From: Clostridia bacterium
Lineage (GTDB): Bacteria; Bacillota; Clostridia; Christensenellales; Borkfalkiaceae
DNA: 64,000 nt
Direction of reading: 5' to 3'
NCBI GenBank assembly: GCA_021204625.1
Contig: JAJPZA010000120.1
Span: 4,483-68,482 of the forward strand
Shown: positions 28,795 to 38,158 of the stretch, one piece after another
Layout: every line of letters starts with the position of its first letter
Numbering within the stretch: the first letter of the stretch is position 1
The notes under the pieces: generated by a model
Databases searched by the model: none
The model's input: only the letters and a program-made list of their open reading frames with translations
Told to the model about the DNA's origin: nothing
Translations under genes and position numbers: made by a program

Positions 28795-30468
28795 TTAGTT
28801 GTCCATGCTTGTCATCTGGGTGTCGTACGTCATGCCCGGCTTTATCATGGGAAGAACGTTGTCATCCGGCGAAATCTCGCAGTCCACGAGCACCGGCATG
28901 CTGTTCTCTTTGGCATACTTGAACGCTGCCCTGAGAACTGTCTCTATGTCATCCCCGAGGCCCAGCCTCATGCCCTTCGCGCCCATGCCTTCCGCAATGG
29001 TTACGTAATCCGCCTTTTCGCGGGTTATTGTGGTCTGTGAGAAGCGGTTCTCATAGAATATCTTCTGCCACTGGCGGACCATGCCGAGCACGCCGTTGTT
29101 TATGAGCAGGACTACCATGGGAACGCCCTGCGTTGCGGCCGTCATGAGCTCGTTCATGTTCATGCCGAAGCATCCGTCACCGATTACCACTACGGACATC
29201 TTGCCGGAGCCGAAGGCAGCTCCTATGCCGGCGCCCATGCTGTATCCCATTGTGCCGAGGCCGCCGGAAGTGCAGAACTTTCTGGGCTCCTCAAGGGGAT
29301 AGAACTGCGCGGCCCACATCTGGTGCTGGCCTACGTCCGCAATGAGGCTGGCGTCCTTAGGAGCGATTCTTTTTGCGGCCTGCAGTATCTTAGCGGCGCG
29401 GATGGAGTAGTCCATGAGAGTGCCGGAAGTCTTCCTGTATCCTTCAACCTTCTTCATCCAGTCCTTGCGGGCGTTCTTCTCAACAAGCGGAACGAGGGTC
29501 TTGAGCGTCTCGTTTATGTCCGCCATGACGTGAATGTCTGACGTCACGTTCTTGTCCAGCTCCGCGTTGTCTATGTCCACGTGGATGACTGTCTTGCCCT
29601 CCGCGAACTTGTCCCTGTTGAGGGCAACCCTGTCCGAGAACCTTGAGCCGAGGGCAATGATAAGGTCTGCGTCCATGAGGGTGTGGGCGGAGGCAACCGT
29701 GCCGTGCATTCCTATGAGCCCCAGGCAAAGAGGGTCTTCATCCGGAACCACGCCCTTGGCCATAAGAGTGTAGCTGACGGGCGCGCTTATCTTTCTCGCA
29801 AGCTCCAGCACCAGGGCTGAAGCGCCGGAGGAGACGCATCCGCCGCCGGCCATTATGATGGGCCTGGAGCTTTCGTTAATTGCCGCCACAGCCTTTGCAA
29901 CCTGCGCCTCTGTCACCGGATTGGGAGCCGGAAGGACGGGGGTGTAGGGCGTGTATTCGCACATGTCCGTCTGCACGTTTTTGAGAATGTCTATGAGCAC
30001 CGGGCCCTTGCGGCCGGAGTTGGCTATATGGAAGGCGCGGCGGATGGCGGGAGCCAGGTCCTTTACGTCCTTTATGATGAAGTTGTGCTTCGTGATGGGA
30101 ATGGTTATGCCCGTGGTGTCAACTTCCTGGAAAGAGTCTCTTCCGAGGAAATTTATGCCAACGTTTCCCGTAACGGCCACAAGGGGCACGGAGTCCATGT
30201 ATGCCGTGGCTATTCCCGTAACCAAGTTCGTTGCCCCCGGCCCGGACGTTGCGAAGCATACGCCGGTCTTGCCGGTGACCCTGGCATATCCGTCTGCGGC
30301 ATGGGCCGCTCCCTGTTCATGGGCAGTGAGAATGTGGTGTATCTTGTCACTGTTCTTATACAGGGCGTCATATATGTCCAGAACGGCCCCTCCGGGATAT
30401 CCGAAGATGGTGTCCACGCCCTGCTCCAAAAGGCATTGTATGAGAATGTCCGCGCCTTTAAGTTTCAT
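28795..30468 (-). CDS. ilvB: Acetolactate synthase large subunit (ThDP-dependent)
   Basis: MKLKGADILIQCLLEQGVDTIFGYPGGAVL..., GLGTMGYSMGAGIGA and GDGCFGMNMNEL ThDP motifs. Confidence 0.95.
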   Translation of the reverse strand: MKLKGADILIQCLLEQGVDTIFGYPGGAVLDIYDALYKNSDKIHHILTAHEQGAAHAADGYARVTGKTGVCFATSGPGATNLVTGIATAYMDSVPLVAVTGNVGINFLGRDSFQEVDTTGITIPITKHNFIIKDVKDLAPAIRRAFHIANSGRKGPVLIDILKNVQTDMCEYTPYTPVLPAPNPVTEAQVAKAVAAINESSRPIIMAGGGCVSSGASALVLELARKISAPVSYTLMAKGVVPDEDPLCLGLIGMHGTVASAHTLMDADLIIALGSRFSDRVALNRDKFAEGKTVIHVDIDNAELDKNVTSDIHVMADINETLKTLVPLVEKNARKDWMKKVEGYRKTSGTLMDYSIRAAKILQAAKRIAPKDASLIADVGQHQMWAAQFYPLEEPRKFCTSGGLGTMGYSMGAGIGAAFGSGKMSVVVIGDGCFGMNMNELMTAATQGVPMVVLLINNGVLGMVRQWQKIFYENRFSQTTITREKADYVTIAEGMGAKGMRLGLGDDIETVLRAAFKYAKENSMPVLVDCEISPDDNVLPMIKPGMTYDTQMTSMDN

Positions 30469-30521
30469 TGTCTTTCCTCACGCTGCTCAAGCAACTCTCT
30501 CGCAGATTTATACTTCTCTAC

Positions 30522-30551
30522 ATTTTAGTTTAAAACGATTGTATTTGTCAA
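30522..30551 (-). promoter_or_regulatory. Promoter candidate for ilvB (TTGACA-N18-TAAAAT on the minus strand)
   Basis: The complement of 30546-30551 is TTGACA and the complement of 30522-30527 is TAAAAT. This leaves only a short 5' UTR. Confidence 0.4.
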
Positions 30552-30973
30552 CCTTTTTTATAGTCGTATACGCGTGCACGAGAGGGGCGCCCTGCCCAAA
30601 ATTCCGTCACTTGTCGGTGCAGTATGCACATATTATTCTGTGCACTCTGCACATCAATCCCGGATTATGACCATTTGCGGCCGTCTTGCATGCCCCTGGG
30701 AGGAGCACATGCGCAAACACGGAAGAATCGGGATACTGCCGCCCAAATGCAAAAAACAGCCACGAAAGGGCTGCAGAAGGGCCATGGCGGCGCATGTGCG
30801 CATATATGCGCCGTTCATGCTCAAAGGGTGCTGGATATGCGGGATGTAAGCCCGTCATGATCTGAGGCAGACAGCAGAGGGCTTTAAGTTGACTGTCTTT
30901 CATTCAATGTGTTATTATACCACCGTATTTTGGTGTGATTTTGCCGGCATATGGGGCCGGGCCTGGAGAGGGG

Positions 30974-32539
30974 ATGAAGAGCTTAACGTACAGGAAAATT
31001 GCGTCCAACGTCATGGTGTCCGTCATGGCGCAGGTCATATATCTTTGCGTGAGCCTTCTCATGAACTTCATCCTGCCCAGGTTCATTCCGGAGGAAGAAT
31101 TCGCGAAGTGGCAATTATATATCACTTATTTGAGCTTCGTGTGCATCATAAACTTCGGCATCTATGACGGCCTCATGCTGCGCTATTCGCAGTATGATTA
31201 TGATGAGCTGGAGAAGAGGCGCATGCGCTCCCAGTTCCAGTTCGTCCTGCTGGTAACCACCATAGCAGCCGTTGCCTTCATTCTGGTAGCCTGCCTCGTG
31301 CTGGAGGGGACCTCCAGGCAGCTCATGATTCTCATCGGCATCGCCATGATAACCAAGAACGCCGGGCTGTACAGTTCAGACACCTTCCAGCTCACCAACA
31401 GGATCAACAGGTACGCTTTGCAGAGCATAGTGCAGAGGGTAACGTATGCAGTCATCGTAATCTTCCTCATATGCTTCAAGGTGGACAACTTCTTCTGGTA
31501 CTGCTTCTCGGACATCTGCGGGGACGTCCTTGCCTTCTGTGTGGCCCAGTTCACGAACCGGGGCATGTACTTCGGCAAAGGCTTCATATCCCCTAAGGAA
31601 ATGGTCCTTGAGACCGGCCGGAACATCCGCGCCGGAGCCATGCTCATGCTGGCCGTCTGGTCCTGCACGCTCACTATTACGGCCGCAAAACTGGTGGTGC
31701 AGTGGTGCTGGGGCTTAAGCTACTTCAGCAATGTGGCTCTGGCCTTTTCCATAACCAACGTATTCTTAAGCATAACCACGGCGGTAAGCAACGTGCTGTT
31801 CCCGTCGCTTCAGCGCCTCAAACCGGAGACTCTTCCGGACATGTACGGCAAGATACGCCAGTATGTGTCCGTAATAATCTTCACCGTCTTCATCCTGTAT
31901 TATCCCGGCTGCTGGATTCTGGAGAAGTGGATACCCGGCTATTCCTCATCCCTGCCGTATCTCGGAGTCCTTCTGCCCGTAGTGGTGTTCTCCGTTAAAC
32001 GCAACCTTCTTGCCAACACGTATCTCAAGACGTACCGCAAGGAGCGCATGATGTTTGCCATAAACATCTTCGCAGGCGCCATAGGCATCATAGCCTTCGT
32101 GATAATAGGCAAAGTCTTCCGCAACATATACGCCCTGCTCATCGCCGTGGACCTTTCCATGCTCTTATCCTGCATCCTGTCCGAGATAGTGGTGAACAAG
32201 GTCATTAAGGGCAGAATCCTAAAGGACTTTATTATAGACGTCATAATGTCCGCGGGCTTCATAGCCGTCACGTATTACCTTTCCCGCTGGTGGGCCTGCC
32301 TCGCATACGCAGGGCTCCTGGTCATGTACTTCATAGTAAACTACAGATTCCTCATGGACGTTTGCAGGATGGTCATCCGCAGGCTGCGCTCTCTCCTGCG
32401 CAGAAAGCCCGCCGCCGAGGCCACGGCTGCAGAATCCGCCGCTGAGACCGCAGATGCAGGTGCAGACGGGGCTGCATCCGCAGACACATCCGCGCCCGCA
32501 GAGGACGCATTGGAGCAGGATGCGGAAAAGGGAGAGTGA
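30974..32539 (+). CDS. Polysaccharide/oligosaccharide flippase (Wzx/MOP-superfamily-like) with an A/E-rich C-terminal tail
   Basis: Multi-TM protein of about 12-14 helices. The N-terminus MKSLTYRKIASNVMVSVMAQVI is typical of this family. GGAGAGGGG RBS. Confidence 0.7.
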   Translation: MKSLTYRKIASNVMVSVMAQVIYLCVSLLMNFILPRFIPEEEFAKWQLYITYLSFVCIINFGIYDGLMLRYSQYDYDELEKRRMRSQFQFVLLVTTIAAVAFILVACLVLEGTSRQLMILIGIAMITKNAGLYSSDTFQLTNRINRYALQSIVQRVTYAVIVIFLICFKVDNFFWYCFSDICGDVLAFCVAQFTNRGMYFGKGFISPKEMVLETGRNIRAGAMLMLAVWSCTLTITAAKLVVQWCWGLSYFSNVALAFSITNVFLSITTAVSNVLFPSLQRLKPETLPDMYGKIRQYVSVIIFTVFILYYPGCWILEKWIPGYSSSLPYLGVLLPVVVFSVKRNLLANTYLKTYRKERMMFAINIFAGAIGIIAFVIIGKVFRNIYALLIAVDLSMLLSCILSEIVVNKVIKGRILKDFIIDVIMSAGFIAVTYYLSRWWACLAYAGLLVMYFIVNYRFLMDVCRMVIRRLRSLLRRKPAAEATAAESAAETADAGADGAASADTSAPAEDALEQDAEKGE

Positions 32540-32716
32540 CACGCGGGCCGCAGAAGGGCGGCGCAAACTGCTGCATATGTGCACTTTGCACATGAAAACG
32601 CGGCACTGTGTGCTTTATCTTGACTGTTTTCTTTTCCGTATGCTAGAATGGCGCAGGATTCTGGCAGACGTCATACATATTCCCTATTGGGTTTTCCACA
32701 TGCAGGTGCTTTACAT

Positions 32717-33496
32717 ATGACAGACTTCAACACGGCCGCAGGGAACCGGGATCCGGACATTGCGGCCATGCAGGACAATATATACATGCAGGAAATTCTT
32801 GCGGAGGAAGAGGAGACTGTGGACGCGGCCGTGAAGTACGGCCTGGACTGCGAGCTCCCCAGGCGCAAGAGGTTCCGGTACTGGTGCTACAGGTTCGTCA
32901 AACGCGCTCTGGACATTTTCTGCTCCGCTCTTTTCATGATAGTCTTCTGCTGGCTGTACCTCATTCTTGCCATATGCGTGAAGTGCAGCTCCAAAGGCTC
33001 CGTGTTTTTCAAGCAGAAGAGGGTGTGCAAAAACGGCAAGGAGTTCTACATCCCCAAGTTCCGTACAATGTACGAAGGAGCAGACAAGATCCTCTTCACC
33101 CTCTCGGAGGAGGAGAGGCGCCAGTACAGGGAAGAGTACAAGCTCCACAACGACCCCCGCATAACCAAAGTGGGACGGTTTCTGCGCAAGTACAGCCTGG
33201 ACGAGCTTCCCAACCTCTGGTCCATATTCATAGGCCGCATGAGCATCGTGGGCCCCAGGCCAATTCTAAAGATAGAGCTGAACGCAAAGTACGGCTCCGC
33301 CGGAGCAAAGCTCACGTCCGTCCGCCCCGGCCTCATCGGCTGGTGGTCCTGCAACGGCCGCTCCCTTGTCCGCTATGATGAAGGAGAGCGCCAGAGGCTT
33401 GAACTGTATTACGTGGAGCACTGCTCCCTGTGGCTGGACACCAAGATATTCTTCAAGCAGATAGGCAAGGTCCTCCGCCACGTAGGCGCAGCCTGA
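32717..33496 (+). CDS. Undecaprenyl-phosphate sugar phosphotransferase (bacterial sugar transferase family, WbaP/EpsL-like)
   Basis: KRALDIFCSALFMIV..., KFRTM, DPRITKVGRFLRKYSLDELPNLWSIFIGRMSIVGPRP. Confidence 0.9.
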   Translation: MTDFNTAAGNRDPDIAAMQDNIYMQEILAEEEETVDAAVKYGLDCELPRRKRFRYWCYRFVKRALDIFCSALFMIVFCWLYLILAICVKCSSKGSVFFKQKRVCKNGKEFYIPKFRTMYEGADKILFTLSEEERRQYREEYKLHNDPRITKVGRFLRKYSLDELPNLWSIFIGRMSIVGPRPILKIELNAKYGSAGAKLTSVRPGLIGWWSCNGRSLVRYDEGERQRLELYYVEHCSLWLDTKIFFKQIGKVLRHVGAA

Positions 33497-33857
33497 GATC
33501 CATCTGCATCCACGCAAACAACCCGCAATATAGCAATTTCAAGGCATGTTCCACATCCAAGGGCGCATGCCTTTTCTCATGGTCTGGCCATGCAGGGCAG
33601 AGTGCGGAAGCAGAGCCGGTTCATGCGAATCCAGCTTGGTGCTGATAAATGATTCATGCAGGGATATGCCGCAAACAAAGGTAAATCGAAGCCATATGAG
33701 CATGCAAATCCTTCCAGACCGGAAAGGGAAAAATGCCAAAATTTGGCTTGTTAATAATCCTTTACATGTGTCACTTGACGTTTTCCTGCCCATGAATGTA
33801 CACTATGCTTGCAGCATGAAGTGAGGCGCAAAGGACGGCTGCAGGGGGCGAAACAAG

Positions 33858-34322
33858 ATGGGCGGAATTATAGGCTTTTTTGTTATCATTGTTCTAATCG
33901 GCGCATTCTTTGAGATGCTGTACGAGGAATCCCTTGTGGCGTTCATTGTCGTACTGTCCATAACAGGCGCAATAGTGCTTGCGATAATAATCGCGGTGGT
34001 TTACTCTAAACTCAGCGATTATGTTCCAATTCAAAGAAAGTATTACCGCAAGAGCAAAAATCCCAAAGAAAGTGATGAGCACAAGATAGATGAAGACATT
34101 TTGCAGTTCATAACACCCGTCACGCCGCCAAAGCGTTCCTCAGAGGAGACCAAGGCAGAGACGGCGGAAGAATGCAGCCTGCAGGTTGCAGACAACACAG
34201 CTAACAACACGCCGGTCCCTCCATACCTGTTTCCTTTCCGGCATTATGATGCAAATACAGATAATGCAGCAAAGGAAGAGGTTAAAAGTGAGGGCTGGGT
34301 AAAAGACAATACGGAGGAATGA
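33858..34322 (+). CDS. Hypothetical membrane-anchored protein
   Basis: Two N-terminal hydrophobic helices followed by a polar tail. AGGGGG RBS. Confidence 0.55.
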   Translation: MGGIIGFFVIIVLIGAFFEMLYEESLVAFIVVLSITGAIVLAIIIAVVYSKLSDYVPIQRKYYRKSKNPKESDEHKIDEDILQFITPVTPPKRSSEETKAETAEECSLQVADNTANNTPVPPYLFPFRHYDANTDNAAKEEVKSEGWVKDNTEE

Positions 34323-34325
34323 ATC

Positions 34326-34556
34326 ATGATGGATGATGACGATCTGGACGACCTTGAAGGCTGGGACGACGATGAAGACGAAGACCAGGATGACTGGGAC
34401 GAAGACGAAGAGGATGAAGACGAGGATTATGACGATATCCTTGATGATGACGAGGACGATGATGACGCCCTGCAGGATGAATATGTCCGTGAGAAGAGGA
34501 AGAAGGACTTGCAGGACTATTACTACTACTATGACCCGGACCTGAAGATTTTATGA
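34326..34556 (+). CDS. Hyper-acidic 76-aa protein (a run of about 55 residues that is almost pure D/E)
   Basis: MMDDDDLDDLEGWDDDEDEDQDDWDEDEEDEDEDYDDILDDDEDDDDALQDEY... followed by a short K/Y-rich tail. Starts 4 nt after the upstream stop. Confidence 0.5.
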   Translation: MMDDDDLDDLEGWDDDEDEDQDDWDEDEEDEDEDYDDILDDDEDDDDALQDEYVREKRKKDLQDYYYYYDPDLKIL

Positions 34557-34814
34557 TTCGGTCCCATGAAACAGACTATACAATCCTCCTAGCACTCCTA
34601 GGATAGGTGATTTATTTTCTGCATTGCGGCAGGCCGTCCGGCCTGCTGCTTTGCATGAATCGAAATATTGCAAATACCCCGGAAAGATTGCAAGTTATTT
34701 CGGATTAATGTCATTATTTTGCTAATTTGTTCACAATATATGTATTTTTGGGCATTATGGTATATAATGTGAAGCAGCATGCACAAGGGCATGCGCTAAG
34801 GACGGAGGGGAAGC

Positions 34815-35912
34815 ATGGCGCGCAGGAACAACAAGGACATCAACGTGTGGGGCATTAGCATGGAGAGCCTGCATTGCGCCTTCAGCGTACCGCAGCCGCA
34901 TATAAGCATAGGATACGGGCTGCTTGGAGACCTGAATGACATTCCGGATGAGAATGCCATGCAGGAGAATTTTGCCAGGTTCTATCCGGAGATGCCGCCG
35001 GAGGCCATGAAGATCCGGATGCAGGAGACGGCGGACTTCATGTTCCGCATGAAGCCCGGGGACGTTGTTGTCCTGGCGGACAGTGAATACACAAAGAAGG
35101 AGCATTACGGCGTAATAACCTCGCCGTATTATTACGGGTGCCACTTCGGGCAGGACCATGATTACATGCACCACAGGGATGTGTTATGGCTTAAGAAGGG
35201 CTCCATACGCTTCGGCAAACCGGTGCAGTATCCGGATCTTGACATGCAGTCCCGCGTGTGGCTCATTACAGAGAAAAGAAGGACGCTCCTGTCATATTTG
35301 AAGGCTGAGCTGGACAATGTCTGGCCGGGCCTTCCGGACACCTTTGCCGCAGGCGAAGAGCACGCGCGGATCATGACTGCCTACGGACGCGCATATAAGC
35401 CGAACATTCCGGCTCTCTTCGCGAGGGAGCACGCCAGGGACCCGCAGGCAATGGTAGAGATAGGAGTATGCTACGAATACGGCATAAGCCTTGCATGGAA
35501 GCCGCAGCTTGCCGTTGAGTTCTACAAGCAGGCCGCAGGGCTGGGCAATGCGGAAGGACAGTATCATTTAGGCTTCTGCTATTCATACGGGCATGGAGTT
35601 CCCATGGACAAGGAAGCCGGGGCATGGTGGTATCTGCAGGCCGCGCGCAACGGAAGCCCCAGGGCGCAGTGCATGATTGCGGACTGCATCATGCGCAGCA
35701 CCGGCCTGGACGGCATAGGGACCACAAGCAATCCTGTGTCTGCCATGAAGTGGTTTGAGGCGGCGGCCCTCGCCGGGCATCCCATAGGCGAATACAAGTA
35801 CTCCGAGTGCTGCAAATACGGCCTGGACGGCTACATGCGCCCGGACCTTGCAATGACCTGGAATGACAGATACTGCCGCGACGAGCAGGGTGAAAAGCCC
35901 AGCCTTATATGA
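34815..35912 (+). CDS. Two-domain protein: an unknown N-terminal domain plus C-terminal Sel1-like (SLR/TPR) repeats
   Basis: Repeats AVEFYKQAAGLGNAEGQYHLGFCYSYGHGVPMD / AWWYLQAARNGSPRAQ / KWFEAAALAGHPIGEYKY. GGAGGGG RBS. Confidence 0.7.
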   Translation: MARRNNKDINVWGISMESLHCAFSVPQPHISIGYGLLGDLNDIPDENAMQENFARFYPEMPPEAMKIRMQETADFMFRMKPGDVVVLADSEYTKKEHYGVITSPYYYGCHFGQDHDYMHHRDVLWLKKGSIRFGKPVQYPDLDMQSRVWLITEKRRTLLSYLKAELDNVWPGLPDTFAAGEEHARIMTAYGRAYKPNIPALFAREHARDPQAMVEIGVCYEYGISLAWKPQLAVEFYKQAAGLGNAEGQYHLGFCYSYGHGVPMDKEAGAWWYLQAARNGSPRAQCMIADCIMRSTGLDGIGTTSNPVSAMKWFEAAALAGHPIGEYKYSECCKYGLDGYMRPDLAMTWNDRYCRDEQGEKPSLI

Positions 35913-36193
35913 CTTTCACACAAAAATTGCTGCGCTCTCCGTGAAATACCGGGGAGCTTTTTTTCATCATTAAATTTTACATAACCAGAAAAAATATGAT
36001 ATCAAGGCTGTTACCATGCTCGCTGGCTTGCTTAATCACGTTGTGCATACTGCACAAAAATTGCCAAAATTAGTAATATATATGCGCAAAATGCTTGACG
36101 GGGGGGGTATATGCTATGCTCATGATGGTACTTTATACAGTAAACTGTATAAATAACCAGTATAGCATATAAATAATAGGTGGTTTAGTGATT

Positions 36194-36790
36194 ATGCTTA
36201 GGCGTATGTCGTGTGTATTATTTGCTGTTTGTGCTGTGGCTATTACTTCTACATGTTTGCTGATGTTTGGCTGCGCGGGCGATCCTGATTCAGATACAAT
36301 AGATAACGGGGACCCTAATTGTGTCCATGAGTGCGCTTTGACGGATACTGTTGCGGCTACATGTACGGATGAAGGGTATGATGTATACACCTGCGTGAAG
36401 TGCGGGTATTCATACAAGGACAACTATACAGCGCCCCTGTCGGAGAACCTGACTCATAGCTATGAGTTTGTGTTCAAGATGTACCCCCACGTGACGAACC
36501 CTTACGTGCTGGCTTATTACGAGTGCTCCGTCTGCGGAGATACTTATGCTAAAGATTATGTTTATGTTGATGTGTATGATGGATACAATCTTGTATTTGG
36601 ATACGGGATGCTTCCCGGAACAACAGGCAAATATTATTTTAGTTTTGATGAATTGGAAGACTTCAAAACCTATATAGTAAAGTATGAAAACACGGGCACT
36701 GGAACTGTTTTTGAGAAATTAATTCTTAGTGGATGTAACGGAGTTTATGCGGCGGATTATAACGACAAAACGTTTTCCTCAGCTGCATAA
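36194..36790 (+). CDS. Cys-rich lipoprotein, unknown function
   Basis: Signal peptide with lipobox LLMFGC and CxxC-type pairs (CVKCG, CSVCG). Lies in a locally AT-richer segment. Confidence 0.55.
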   Translation: MLRRMSCVLFAVCAVAITSTCLLMFGCAGDPDSDTIDNGDPNCVHECALTDTVAATCTDEGYDVYTCVKCGYSYKDNYTAPLSENLTHSYEFVFKMYPHVTNPYVLAYYECSVCGDTYAKDYVYVDVYDGYNLVFGYGMLPGTTGKYYFSFDELEDFKTYIVKYENTGTGTVFEKLILSGCNGVYAADYNDKTFSSAA

Positions 36791-36883
36791 GCAGTTGAGT
36801 ATTTGCGTGCCGGAGAATACTGTGTGGCTGAATGAGTGACGGAAAGAGGCCGGCGAGCACCGGCGGATGTTTATGAGGAAACA

Positions 36884-37150
36884 ATGACGGAAGAAGAGTT
36901 TGCAGATATAATGTTTATGGCGGTGAGGGGCGTGTGCGCCAGGATTGCCGCAAGACAGAACATGACGGAGCGGAATGCACTGGCTGAGTTTTACAATTCC
37001 AGGCTGTATTCCGCTCTGGAACGGCCGGAGACCCGGGCCTGGTTTTATAGTGATGATTTACTGTATGATTTATGGGCCGGGGAAAAGGAAACAGGCAGAA
37101 TAGACTGGCCGGAAATGAGATATGCAGGAGGAAACAATGGAAACGTATAA
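36884..37150 (+). CDS. Small hypothetical protein, DUF3791-like (the start is uncertain; a GTG at 36836 is the alternative)
   Basis: Weak resemblance to its neighbour (...LAEFYNSRLYSALE...DDLLYDLW). It overlaps the next gene. Confidence 0.4.
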   Translation: MTEEEFADIMFMAVRGVCARIAARQNMTERNALAEFYNSRLYSALERPETRAWFYSDDLLYDLWAGEKETGRIDWPEMRYAGGNNGNV

Positions 37151-37373
37151 AGAGGCTTTGCTTTTGAGCAAAGAGTCTGAATTTGTTGTTTACGCCATAG
37201 AGCATTACAAGCTGCAGTGCGGGAAACCCGGCAGAGAGCTGTACAGAATTTTTAGTCAATACGGTATACTGGATTGGTTGTATGATAATTATGATGTTTT
37301 GCATGCGGGCGGCTGGGGGTCTGTAAAAGATGGCATAGCCAGAATCCTGACGGATTTCGGTGTGAAGTCATGA
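37137..37373 (+). CDS. DUF3791-family small protein
   Basis: FVVYAIEHYKLQCGKPGRELYRIFSQYGILDWLYDNYDVLHAGG matches the pattern I remember for DUF3791. AGGAGG RBS before the ATG at 37137. Confidence 0.6.
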   Translation: METYKEALLLSKESEFVVYAIEHYKLQCGKPGRELYRIFSQYGILDWLYDNYDVLHAGGWGSVKDGIARILTDFGVKS

Positions 37374-37716
37374 CGGCTTGGCCAGGCTTTGATGCTAATA
37401 ACAATTTCATATCAATGGGGGGGATAAGATTGGTATTTATCCCCATTTTTGTTGTATAAGGGGATAAAGGGGTTAACATTAACCCCTTAATTAAGGCAAC
37501 TGTATAAGAAGTCTTGGATAAGCGCCCTCCGGTGAGCCGGACATGTCTGAACTCTTGTGCAGCTTCATAAGTCCCGCACATGACAGAAAATATGAAGTTA
37601 TATCAGCGTCTGCTTTTCTGCAGATAAAAAGCTTGAATTCCTCTCCGGGATTTGGTAAACTGCAGTTGCGCAGGAAGTGCAGCATATGACCGCCCGGCCG
37701 GGCGTTGGAAGGGAAT

Positions 37717-37908
37717 ATGAAATTTATGTGGGCCGTAGTGGCTGTGTTAGTAATATTGGCAATTGTGGTTTCTTTAACGTCAATTTTCAGTGACTGCGGC
37801 GGAGAGGATGACGAGTCGGAGGCCTCTGTCTGCGTGTATGAAACAGCCTGTGGGCAGGAGCCTGTTTGCACAGATTACGGCAGCGGGGCATATGAGTTCA
37901 CCATATGA
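37717..37908 (+). CDS. Possible small membrane protein (63 aa)
   Basis: One hydrophobic helix (FMWAVVAVLVILAIVVSL). The RBS spacing is poor. A terminator follows. Confidence 0.3.
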   Translation: MKFMWAVVAVLVILAIVVSLTSIFSDCGGEDDESEASVCVYETACGQEPVCTDYGSGAYEFTI

Positions 37909-37966
37909 TATGATTCATATCCTGCGGCATTTGTCTGCGGACATATCCCAATAAAGAACAAGAAAA

Positions 37967-38000
37967 GGCAGATGGAACAAACCGTCTGCCTGTATTTTTT
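37967..38000 (+). terminator. Rho-independent terminator
   Basis: GGCAGATGG-AACAAA-CCGTCTGCC followed by TGTATTTTTT. Confidence 0.7.
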
Positions 38001-38158
38001 GTAGATTGTCGCGGGCAAAGATCCTCTGGTGTTATCCTCCTGTGGTTTGGTTTGTATCTTCTATATATCTGTGAGGCCTGGAAGAGCGGGATGCAGGGAT
38101 ATGTATCAGCCATCCTGCCGTCGGCCTGGCATTATTTGCGGGAGCGGGAAAAACAGGT

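Noticed and set aside
30469-30930. T-box riboswitch or leader-peptide attenuator upstream of ilvB (also considered upstream of leuC at 11140-11340)
   Set aside because: I could not find the T-box consensus (AANNNGGGTGGNACCGCG) on the relevant strand or a Leu/Ile/Val-rich leader ORF. The promoter candidate leaves only a short UTR. This needs cmsearch to be definitive.
34333-34545. Alternative-frame 70-aa ORF (MMTIWTTLKAGTT...) inside the hyper-acidic gene
   Set aside because: It is a frame-shifted reading of the same GA-rich tract. The ATG at 34326 directly follows the upstream stop and gives the longer frame.
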